Source of the DNA: Schmidtea polychroa
Lineage: Eukaryota
Direction: 5' to 3'
Length of the DNA stretch: 64,000 nucleotides
NCBI GenBank assembly: GCA_044892525.1
Contig: CM097885.1
Span: 212,102,001 to 212,166,000 of the forward strand
The translations under genes and the position numbers were made by a program. Below are positions 19,240 to 29,270 of this stretch, piece after piece (within the stretch, counting starts at the first letter, position 1; each line of letters begins with the position of its first letter). The notes under the pieces were generated by a model that had not been told where the DNA came from, ran no database searches, and was given only the letters and a program-made list of their open reading frames with translations.

Positions 19240-19599
19240 ATGGAGCAAGGAAATAACGAAATGAACCACAACACAGTAACTGAAGAATTATGGAAGCAAC
19301 AATGTGCCGTATTAGCACAATTAGTGTCTAATTTACAAGAACAAGGATTGACGATGCAAAAGAACCTAATCGAGAGTATGAACAGAGGATTTAGTTATTT
19401 GAAAATAATTGAAGACCAGAGGTTAAAAATCGAACAAATGCACAGAGAAATAGAGAGGATAACCCAATATAGCCGAAGACAGGAAATCGAATTGGAAAGA
19501 ATGGTGGAGGAAGCAGAGCAGACGGAAATGGAAGATTGGTCAGAATGGCTAATGAGTAGAGAGGAGGGCGGACACGAAGCCGACTCTTCCGAACCATAG
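19240..19599 (+). CDS. Accessory coiled-coil protein (119 aa)
   Basis: Intact ORF with heptad-rich E/Q/L composition; TTAG|gaATG context. Confidence 0.65.
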   Translation: MEQGNNEMNHNTVTEELWKQQCAVLAQLVSNLQEQGLTMQKNLIESMNRGFSYLKIIEDQRLKIEQMHREIERITQYSRRQEIELERMVEEAEQTEMEDWSEWLMSREEGGHEADSSEP

Positions 19600-19684
19600 A
19601 CCAAACCTAAATTAAAATGTAAATAACTGTAAATAAAATCTCGAGCCTGTTTCGATAAGAACTATATGTATATATAATTATAGA

Positions 19685-21073
19685 ATGGATAAACGACAAA
19701 GAGAAGAGTTCAGAGAGATTGTCGAACAAGTCCGAAAATCTACAACGATCAAAATACACAAACATGTCATGTGTGGAATATGTGAAAAGTTGTTAAAGGA
19801 ACCTCACCAAACCCAATGTGGATGTAGATTATGTAAGGAATGTATCCGTGAAACAATAAAAAATAGACCACAGTGGTGCCCGGTGTGCAGAGAGACACTA
19901 ATATCGAGTTTAGAAGACACTAACGAAGATAAAGCCGCAGTGAAAGACATGCTAAATACCAATCTGGGATGCAAAAATACCCCATGCGAATGGAAAGGAG
20001 TAATATGGAAAGTAGTGCAACATATGGGAGAATGTATGTACAAAATCGGCCAATGTGAAAGGTGCCATAAAACTATTCGGGCAAGCGAAGAAAAAGAGCA
20101 TCAAAACCAGTGTGAAGAGAGATTAGAAAGATGCGAACATTGTGGAGAATTAGATACGTGGAAAAATCTCACCATCAAACATCACAATGTCCAAGAGGAA
20201 AAGGTATGTGCGGAGTTCAGTGGGGAATGCCCAAACGGATGTGAGAAAGGGAGAATAATGAAAATAACCCAACACCTAAAGGAATGTGAAAAGAAGAGAA
20301 TGATATGTGTGCTAGGTAAATGGGGCTGTCCGACACTATTACACCGAGGAGACCTACCACACCATCTAATGGAAAATGTAATAACTCACGCAGAAATGTG
20401 GTCAACTGCGTTACAAGAAAGCGAAGAGAAAGTAAAACAAATGGAAATAGAGATAACATCGTTGAAAGGGTTAGTCAAAGAACTACTAGAAGAAAGAGAA
20501 GCGTTCGAAGAAGCCCGAGCTAACATCAGAATGCAAATAAATCGTATAGAAATTAGCAACAATCAGGCCAAGGTGCTACATCAAAAGATAACAGAGATAA
20601 ATCTAAATGAAGTAATACCAACAGCACCCTACATATGGAAGATAACGGGAATAAAGGAAAGAATATGAAAAGCAAAAACCGGAGAAGATACAAGACTAAC
20701 AAGCCCCGCATTTCATTCCTGGAAAAACGGATACAAAATGAAAATGAAGGTATATCCCAACGGGGACGGAACCGGATTAGATACGCATTTTTCGATCTTC
20801 TTTATGCTCTGTAAAGGGGAGTATGATGAAATATTAGAATGGCCGTTCCAGGCAAAAATCGATATTACTCTAATGAACAACCAAAGTATACACGAGCAAA
20901 GCTTCAAAACAACGGGGAATCAGATAGCTTACCAGAGGCCCCTCAACGAAGAAGGAGCAGCAACAGGAGCACCGACGTTCATCTTACAACAAAGGGTAGA
21001 AGATATGGCGAGAAACGATACCGTATATATCAAGATGACGGTTCGGAGGGAAGGAAAGAGTAGAACCGAGTAA
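19685..21073 (+). pseudogene. TRAF-family gene (RING, TRAF zinc fingers, coiled coil, MATH) with one in-frame TGA at 20666-20668
   Basis: RING CGICEKLLKEPHQTQCGCRLCKEC..CPVC and several Zn fingers. MATH YIWKI...*...SPAF..GYKMKMKVYPNGDGTGLDTHFSIFFML.KGEYDEILEWPF. ORFs 19685 and 20738 are in the same frame. Confidence 0.9.
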
Positions 21074-21265
21074 CCAGGGTGAATAACGTTGTATATAATA
21101 AATCTGTATATATCGGTGTATATAACCAGTAAAATAATATATAATAATAGTATGGGATCCACAAATATAACAACCCAAACTGAAGCGGAAAATCCAACAA
21201 AAACATCAACCGAATAATAAAATCCAATAATGCGATGATATTTAATCAGAATCTATAATTTAGAG

Positions 21266-22321
21266 ATGACACAAGAAATAACCACCACAACTACGATGAC
21301 CCCAAGTAATGCAACCGAGATACAAACCCCCAAAGAACATAGCGAGAAATGGAACAAGGTGATGTTCCAATTAACTAACCGAACCCGCAACCACATCGAA
21401 GAAGCCAAGGAAGACGAAAATAGTAAATATCGATGGTTAATAAACAATTTAAGAATCGAAGCAGAGGCGTGTAAAAGAGCCTCTAAGTGGGCGTCATTGG
21501 AAAATACCCGCCAGGAAACACACAGTCACTACCTAAAACAGTTAGTGCAGGAGGCACGAAAACGGTTGACTGATGAAAATACCAAACGAGAAGCCGAAAA
21601 ACAAAAGGAAGGGAGAAAAATGAATCACCTATTGGCGGAAGCCCGAAAATGGAAACGACAGAACAAAGAAATGAAGAAGGAAATGAAAGAATTGCCCATG
21701 AGATTAGAGTACGAGAGCGAGCAGGGTAAATGGGAGGAAAATCTAGTCATAAAGGAAGAGCTAAAACGGCTAAGAAAGATCGCGGCTCGGAGTCAAACCT
21801 GGCAGACCAAGGCCATGGAGTTTGAAAGACATTTAGCCATGAAACTCTCCATAAGAGAGCACGAGAATGCTGCGATGGAAGAATTGATACTCCAGCAGTC
21901 AGGGCGAGTCGGGGAATTAATAAATCAAGTCACCGAGCTAAAACGAGATGTCAATGGATATCAGGGAGCTCTAGAACAAAGAAACATGGTATTGGTGGGA
22001 AAGAATAAAAAACTAGAAAACGAAAGAAAAATGTATCACGAAAATCTCAAAAATCTGGAGATAGAAATCGAGAAGTGGAAGGGCGACGAAAAGATAAAAG
22101 AGTTTGAGAGGCAGTTAAAGGTAAAAGACGAGGAGACGAGATACCTCACCTATTTGCTCGACGAAGAATTGAACATTACCAGGGCACTCAGAGATGAAGT
22201 TCAGGAGCTGAGAGCTCAAATTCCCCAATATTACATACCATATGACCCTATTGCCATCCAACTACAGGCAGCGGTCGAGAGCGATGAAGGATACGGGGGT
22301 CAGGAGGAAACCTTCGTATAA
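21266..22321 (+). CDS. Accessory long coiled-coil protein (351 aa)
   Basis: Intact ORF with continuous charged heptads; TTTAG|agATG; AATAAA just after the stop. Confidence 0.75.
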   Translation: MTQEITTTTTMTPSNATEIQTPKEHSEKWNKVMFQLTNRTRNHIEEAKEDENSKYRWLINNLRIEAEACKRASKWASLENTRQETHSHYLKQLVQEARKRLTDENTKREAEKQKEGRKMNHLLAEARKWKRQNKEMKKEMKELPMRLEYESEQGKWEENLVIKEELKRLRKIAARSQTWQTKAMEFERHLAMKLSIREHENAAMEELILQQSGRVGELINQVTELKRDVNGYQGALEQRNMVLVGKNKKLENERKMYHENLKNLEIEIEKWKGDEKIKEFERQLKVKDEETRYLTYLLDEELNITRALRDEVQELRAQIPQYYIPYDPIAIQLQAAVESDEGYGGQEETFV

Positions 22322-22491
22322 GGGCTAATAAAAAATTCAAAATTCAAAAATTGGGACTATATCCCAAACAAAAAAAATTAATAGTACAGTAAAAGTATTT
22401 GAGGGACTGTAACCCTGTGTAACTAAAAACGATATAAATGTATAAGTATAAGTCGCACTGTAGCGCATGATTAATTGTAAATATTATAGAT

Positions 22492-23196
22492 ATGAAGATT
22501 GAAGAGATAGTTGAACCCATGAGTGAAATAGAAGAAGGAGAGATTGTAATGGAAGTCGCAGAAACACAAATACTAAAGAGCGAATTACGAGAAGAGAAAC
22601 GAGAAAACGAGAGATTAGTAAACAAATATATGGAAGACCGGAAAATAATTAAAGTACTAAAGAAAGAATGCAAAATGCTGGGAGAAGTAAAGAGAGAAGC
22701 AGCAGAGAGAAATGAATGGCTGCAGGAGCAACAAAAACGAGGAAGAAATTGGGAAAGAATTGCAGAGGAATTATGGCAAGAAAGGGCAAGCTTCAAAGCA
22801 GAAGAAGTAATCCAAGACTACTGGAAAACAGAGGCGAGAGAACGCCAAACAACCATAAATAGATTAAATCGACAATTGGAGGAAAACCAACGAGAAAGTG
22901 AAGAAATGAAGAAATGGATTCGTAAATACAAAGAAATCGAGAGGCAACAACAACAACGAAACCATCCACAAGAGAACGAACAAGATTTCCTACAAATCGA
23001 GTTAAAAAGAAATCTCGACAAGAAACGAGAAGAAATAAGCAAACTAAAAAGGGAGATAAGACACCTAAAAAGGGAAGCCCGTGAAAAGGATCGGCAATTA
23101 GAGATGATGCCGGAGTTAAGACACCGGGTCATTGAAGCGGAATCTACCCTGATGAGAAATGCCGAAAATAATCCCAAAGGAGAACCATCTAACTAA
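22492..23196 (+). CDS. Accessory coiled-coil protein (234 aa)
   Basis: Intact E/R/K-rich ORF; TATAG|atATG. Confidence 0.72.
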   Translation: MKIEEIVEPMSEIEEGEIVMEVAETQILKSELREEKRENERLVNKYMEDRKIIKVLKKECKMLGEVKREAAERNEWLQEQQKRGRNWERIAEELWQERASFKAEEVIQDYWKTEARERQTTINRLNRQLEENQRESEEMKKWIRKYKEIERQQQQRNHPQENEQDFLQIELKRNLDKKREEISKLKREIRHLKREAREKDRQLEMMPELRHRVIEAESTLMRNAENNPKGEPSN

Positions 23197-23235
23197 AAGC
23201 AATTAAAGCCAGTGTAAATAATATAATAATAATAG

Positions 23236-23847
23236 ATGTATATTAGTACAATGCGGTATGGAATCGTGATAACGGTAATGGTATTGATAAATCACCTGAT
23301 GGAGAAACAACAATTAAACGCTCAACTGACAAGCATACGAGATCACCGCAATCGAAATCAAAAAGCCAAACCAGAACCTTGCCAATGCCAATACCCCAGT
23401 ACAATAAAAACCAACATCCTCCATAGTATCCAGTCAACTCGGTCATATGTTAATAACGTCAGAAGTCTGTGCAAAAATCACCCCATATGCCGAATGATGG
23501 ACCGAAAAATACTCGAACAAGTCCAACACTTCGATCAGTTGGAACAACAAATACAACAAGAAGTGTTCGAAAATCCGGCCGAGACAACAGAAACACCCTC
23601 AAATAACAGCGACACCCACTACCTTCTCTACGTAGTGATCGCAGAAACTATCTTGTTATGCCTCATAACTTTCCTAAAAATCCTCGAAGTTAAGAAAAAA
23701 TGTCAGAGCTCGAAATCTAGAGCCACCGTACAAAACCCAGCCGAAATAACCAATGTTATCCAAACCACAAGCTCACCCAGATTAAACCATAAAGAATCTC
23801 CTCAACCATCGTCCAATCGCCCAGTCTACCATAACACCAGTTCCTAA
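23236..23847 (+). CDS. Accessory predicted type I membrane protein (203 aa)
   Basis: N-terminal hydrophobic YGIVITVMVLI, 4-Cys ectodomain, TM YLLYVVIAETILLCLITFL, basic Ser/Pro tail; AATAG|ATG. Confidence 0.7.
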   Translation: MYISTMRYGIVITVMVLINHLMEKQQLNAQLTSIRDHRNRNQKAKPEPCQCQYPSTIKTNILHSIQSTRSYVNNVRSLCKNHPICRMMDRKILEQVQHFDQLEQQIQQEVFENPAETTETPSNNSDTHYLLYVVIAETILLCLITFLKILEVKKKCQSSKSRATVQNPAEITNVIQTTSSPRLNHKESPQPSSNRPVYHNTSS

Positions 23848-24470
23848 TTGTAGCAGCAAACCCCAACCAGAACCATCAGAGTGACCAAACAATGCCAGAA
23901 CTGAACTAAAAACACTATGTTGTGAAAAACTTTGTTGTGTATATAAACCATCACCATAAGTGATGCCTGCTTGGTCTTGATTTGACCTATATCTTATTAA
24001 TAAAATTTTATTGATGTTTATAATTTTGTTAATCACTATGTTATCTTTTTATGAATGTGCTTATCTTTTTCTGAGAGAATAAGAGTAGCTCAAGTATGTA
24101 ATTGCGGAGGCAATTTTGTCGGGTCCCCGAGTGATTTGTTGGGCTGAGTCGAAGAGGATCGGAGGGATTAGGTTAAGCATAACGAAACTAAAATTAAAAA
24201 TAAAAATAAAATAAACAAATCTACGAAACAAAGTAGAAAGGAAATAAGAAAAATAATAATTAGAAAATAAGAATTAAAACAAAAAATATAAAAACACGAA
24301 AAATTGAAATAGGACCATAAAATGACGGAAAATGACGTAAAATGCAGTAAATAATAAGGAAATTAAAGAAAATAAATAAAAATACAATAAAAATAAGGAA
24401 AATAGGAAGAAATAGCTCAAAAACAAGGAAAACAAATTAAAATAATAAAAATAGGCGGTACTCCATTCTG

Positions 24471-24504
24471 ATTGGTCCGCATAAGTAGAAAACTAATATA
24501 TAAG
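24471..24504 (+). promoter_or_regulatory. Candidate LTR promoter (inverted CCAAT box plus TATA box)
   Basis: ATTGG at 24471 and TATATAAG at 24497, followed by an AG|GTAAGT donor at 24553. Confidence 0.55.
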
Positions 24505-26637
24505 CAGACACTAAAATCATAACAATTACCGTTCATCTAACCACTACATTAGGTAAGTGTATTTTAATTAACAATTACCGTTCATCTAACCACTACATTA
24601 GAAACCAAAATTCACAGCGACAGCCACAGATTTACCGAAATCATTGCAAGGACTATTCTAGGAATCCAGGAAACTCAACCAATTCTATAACCTATTCTAG
24701 TATTAACCAATTCTGTTCAGAACTTTTCGATTCAGCCTATTTGAAAACTTGGTAAGGGATTTTTTCATTATTTAGGTTTACCATGCAACGATCATGTATA
24801 TTTATGAATTTGTAGTAGTCTAAATTTAACAATAATTTTTCTCTTTTCGTTTGATTTGAAGGTCTTACTTAATTAAATGTTTTAGTAATTTGGTAATAAA
24901 TATTTTATGATGAATTTTTATTATTTATCAATTTTATGGTATTCAAAATTTTGGAGAAACGTGGTGTTGAGATACTCCATGTCATGGTGTGACGTGCCTT
25001 CGGGAGCTCAGCCGGTGGACATGGGGTCTTTTCAATCACGCAGCTGATTCGGGCCGTAATGTGGGGGCTTCCTCACGGGTCCGTCGCTGAGGGAGTGACT
25101 AAATTCTATGAAAATTCGTACGAGGAAGTAGGGTAGGAGAATGAATCGATCAACAGGAGAAATTTGGAGATATTCGCGCAGTGATTGAGGGTGTCACACT
25201 AGCATGTAATAACAGCGGCTTATCAAGTTCAAAATCTTCTTTATCATCCAGTAGACCTAGGCAAGTCTTTCGTTAAAAAACCGTCCAACCTTGGTAGCGC
25301 TGTAGTTGCCATAGTTCTCGAATTCGCTAGAAATTTAATCTTGAAATTTTCAGCTAACGATTTTTGCGTAATCGCTATTCCTATCGGCTATATGTCCTCT
25401 CAAAGATAAAATTGTATGAAATCACGTAATTAAATAGGTTTAAATAATCATTAAAATAAAAGCGAACAACTCCAATCAGTAAAAATGTATTTCTCTAAAC
25501 AATAATTTATTAGAATAATGTTTACCCAGTAAAACATAAATTGTCCACATCCCGTCGAGTAGAAAATCCAGCATTGAGATAAGTAATAAATCTCCAATTT
25601 GACAGCAGTAGCCAGCGTACATTGATAGTGATGGAGGGCCACGAGACGAGCTAGTAAATCATATTTGAGGGATCGTGAATTAATTCCAACATTGATGATG
25701 TAAAAATCCGGTTTTTCCAAAATATCCATGAGAGATAACAGGCAGCATTTGAGGTAGATACAGGGTTCGTCAGTGATGTAACATGTCATATGGGAAGAAC
25801 ACACCTGCATGCATACACAGGCATAGTATAGAGCATGAAACGATCAGTCAGCGATTATGACTAAGTAGGAGTGGATGAGAAAAATTTTCATGTGCCACGC
25901 GTTTCCAGACCATCACCGAGACTACTCGTAATCGGTAGATTATACAGACAGTCAATCACAGAGAACCCCACCTGGCGCGTCAGTTGAAATGTGATTACAA
26001 AAAACATACTAATGACATTCACCCGATTTCTCACCAATCGGAATTAACAGACAACCGACAGGCGGTCCTTTGGATGCACTTAGCTAAACTCATTTAATTA
26101 TTTAGTTTTACTTTAATCATTCATATTTTCTTATAACTAAATAGGTGTAAATTAATTAACAAAACTTTTACGTGTCATAAATAAATAATTGTAGAGAAGG
26201 GGATAGATTACCGTTTATTTTTGGGTTCCTATTCATATGAAACAATTAATTTAAAAGTAAATCGACCTATTTGGACATGAGACTTACACCTCAAAATCAT
26301 TTATCTTGGGTATATCTGTAATTACATTCAAATTCTCTGACGATGCTATTTTCAGGTAAATTAATTAAATCATAATTTCATCAACTAGTGATTCCCCTTG
26401 TTAATGGTAATACTATATTTTCCTTCGATAAGATCTTGCATGGACGCTCTGTTCCCGTATAAATAATGACCCCAAGCGTACAAGATCTGTAGGGTAAAGA
26501 AGTCTCTTCAGGCTAATAAACTCGTTTCGTCTGTGTAACAACCTATGATCAGGGGGGTATGAGTGTGACTAGATGATGATGTCTCAAATTTGCCTTAGTT
26601 TGATTTTATTCGCATTTTCTCTTCATAGCTATCCAAG

Positions 26638-27381
26638 ATGTCTCCAAGTTCCAATAACATTCTTAAACCTTGCTTTTCTTGCTCGGACAAGAATTCAGTC
26701 ATCAGAGATCTACAAGCGCAAATTGGAAAATACAAAAGGAAGATAGATGAGTTGGAGGGGACATGGTTTAGTCCCGCGCAAATGAAGGAGACCCAGAAGA
26801 AATTGCATCGAAGCGAGCACTGTCGTGATGCTCTCATTTCCGAAAGTCGGGCACAGAGGAGCCTGATAAAAGAGCAGTCAGAAGCGCTGCATAAACTATA
26901 CATACAAGCGGCGACCACGAGAAAAATAGCGAAGATCCCAATTAACGAAGCCAGCAATCTCTTCCCAGCGCATCATGATACCTCCGTCAGGCTTTTGCCT
27001 CCACTCGCGAAGTCTTGCCATGGGTGTGTAGAGTCCGAGCTCTCTCCTAAAGACCCAGAGATTGTATTCACCGGGACCAGTAAGGTCCAGCCAAATCTCG
27101 CGTCCTCATCAACCGTACAAACGATCACCACTTCAAAGCCTAAGCGTCGACAGCTGTCTCGAGCAGAACGCAAACGGAAACAACGGGAACGGGCATCTGG
27201 CAGGCAGTGTACATCGTCAACCGTCGCTCCAGTCAGCGGTAATGGTAATCTGACGGTGGTCGACCCAACAACCGGGATCTCCGGGCGAGTCATCTCCGCC
27301 GTCGGGGTGACGTGGGAAGAAAATGCCGCCGAGTTCTTTAATCTGGACGAGTTACTCGCCGACTCGGAGTGGGAGAAATGA
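26638..27381 (+). CDS. Second copy of the LTR-encoded 247-aa protein
   Basis: Protein identical to 921-1664. Confidence 0.75.
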   Translation: MSPSSNNILKPCFSCSDKNSVIRDLQAQIGKYKRKIDELEGTWFSPAQMKETQKKLHRSEHCRDALISESRAQRSLIKEQSEALHKLYIQAATTRKIAKIPINEASNLFPAHHDTSVRLLPPLAKSCHGCVESELSPKDPEIVFTGTSKVQPNLASSSTVQTITTSKPKRRQLSRAERKRKQRERASGRQCTSSTVAPVSGNGNLTVVDPTTGISGRVISAVGVTWEENAAEFFNLDELLADSEWEK

Positions 27382-28499
27382 GGATTTTCCCGAAACATGG
27401 CCTCCTTCTCAGGAGAGGATTGCACTTATCTGATGTCGTTTTCTACCTTGGTGTCATTCAGCTCGTGTAAAATTCCTTGTATAAATTCTCTAGGTGTTTG
27501 TATAGTAACTTTAATAAAAAAATAAAAAAATTTCTCGTTTATGTACGTGTTATCTCGTGTGTTGAACTTATAAAATAATATGAACTTGCAAATGGTATTG
27601 AGAGTTTCGGAAAATAAGGAGTATTGGTCAATTGGTAATCCCAATGGGAAATCTTGCGACGGGCGACAGAATGAAAAGACGTAAGTCCTTCTATCGGCGG
27701 TCAGGGTTAGACAGTCGAGGCCTCAGTAGGGAGTAGTCCGAAGGAGATGGCTCACCTGCCTACTGGTGTCTCGCCGGCATAGCACAGTTCCAACGTGAAG
27801 CGATTCACGGGTGCTATGTTGGAGGGTAGATTATGTACGGGTCCTGCTCGGCGATGACCAGAATCAAGACGAGCGTAATCGATATGGACATTCATCCTCT
27901 AGACTAAAAGCGGTACTGAAGGGGGTCATCCGGGTAGCCGCCCGCCAACATTATAATAAAGTGGAATTTTATCAATATTTGTGAATACTAACAATATATT
28001 AACATATATAATTAAATATCATAATCTTTTATATATAAAAATATAATAATAAATTACTTTTAAAAATGAAGGAGAAAGGTTTGTTCTAATAATATAGAAA
28101 ATATAACCGAGAAGAAAAACATGCTCTACTCACAAAAAAAGAACTCCAGAAGTTAAGATATACGAACCAATTCTATATGAAGATAGTAAACAGATTCACA
28201 GACTACCGAAGATGATTTCAATTATCTATTGTCGAATTTATTTGAATAAAATCTTATGTTCTAGTTTATTATTTATTAGAAACTTCACCAATAAATATTT
28301 ACTAAATTGATCAATTATAGCTAAAATAATTTATTTACTATGAATTGAACTGTTTTCATAAATATTACACAGAAATCAATAACAATCTCCTTAAAAACTT
28401 CATTTGTATTCTGCTTAATCAACTCTTCCTTCGTTCGTCCTGTCCATGTCTTTTATTTCTGACATTCTTCATAATTTAAATGAATTTAAACTTCATTTT

Positions 28500-28850
28500 C
28501 ACTAATATCCATATTCATATTTCATTGTGCATATTTTAAAATTAGTCTAACACCCACGTAGCATAAATCTTTATGCCTGTTCAAGATTATACCTTCATTA
28601 CTTGTTATTGCTTTTTGTTTAATATTTTGACAATGTATTTATGTTGTACTTCTTTGAAATTAGTAACTCCGAAGTGTTTAGTTTTATCTTAAATGTTCTT
28701 TTAGCTGAATTGGTGATTTGGGGAATTATTGTTTCGTTATCTTCGGCGTATGCAATGATTCTGTATTTGTTTATCCCTGTCCTGAGGTATTTATTCAGGG
28801 TAAATGTGGTGGTGGGCCTACCCTCACCATTCAACAAATGCAAAAGATGT
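28500..28850 (-). pseudogene. Degenerate non-LTR retrotransposon RT fragment
   Basis: PTTTFTL..YL, IIAYAED (YADD-like), IKLNTS and LCYVGV (KYLG-like) occur in the expected order. Confidence 0.5.
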
Positions 28851-28857
28851 TGCTACT

Positions 28858-29270
28858 CGGAAGCTGACTATTCAGAACTACAATAGCATTTAAGGCGGAG
28901 TAGATACTTTAGATCAGCTCAAAAAATCTATAAGTCCATTTTTGAAAACTCTTGCTGACGATTTACTCGGAGATGACGCAAATTCAAATGGTGATTTAAA
29001 TGAAAATTCTGTTCAGTCAAAAATTCCAAAAGTAAGGCGAGGAAGATGCATTATTTGTCAGGTTAGCAAATCAAAAACCAGAGTAAGTTGGGATAAATGT
29101 GGAAATTTTGTTTGTGAAAAGGAGAGGGATTTGTTATTTGCAAAAATTGTTTATGGTAAAAAAAATGTCATAACATTGTATTAACACATTGACGGACAGT
29201 AGAAACAAGTGACATTTGAAAATTGACACTATATGACGGCTATAGACGCAAGTGTCCGTCAACGTGTTAA
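28858..29270 (+). mobile_element. piggyBac-like transposon relic (internally deleted 3' end)
   Basis: YNSI/KGGVDTLDQL motif (frameshifted), C-terminal Cys-rich RRGRCIICQ..KCGNFVCEK, and a terminus ending GTG-TTAA. Confidence 0.78.

Larger units (their letters stand above)
1..27950 (+). mobile_element. Giant Ty3/gypsy-type LTR retroelement (about 29.5 kb predicted; 5' LTR start lies outside the window) with env-like glycoprotein and accessory genes
   Basis: Direct repeat 1-2233 = 25718-27950 (offset 25717) ending ...CCAACA. PBS follows the first copy. Gag and PR-RT-RH-IN occur in gypsy order. Size and cargo recall planarian Burro giant elements (from memory, not searched). Confidence 0.96.
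24137..27950 (+). repeat. 3' LTR, about 3.8 kb (left boundary inferred)
   Basis: The right 2233 bp match the 5' LTR. TGTTGG at 24137 is the inverted complement of the terminal CCAACA. The left end cannot be confirmed because the matching part of the 5' LTR is outside the window. Confidence 0.7.

Noticed and set aside
878-23177. Many minus-strand ORFs within the giant element (for example 878-1240, 6871-7383, 12816-13349, 22344-22796)
   Set aside because: S/F/L-rich shadows of the A-rich coding strand, with no motifs or expression signals.
24521-24601. Possible spliced-leader RNA gene (short exon plus GTAAGT)
   Set aside because: Does not end in AUG like flatworm SLs and I see no clear Sm-binding site. 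Treated as a cis-splicing leader.
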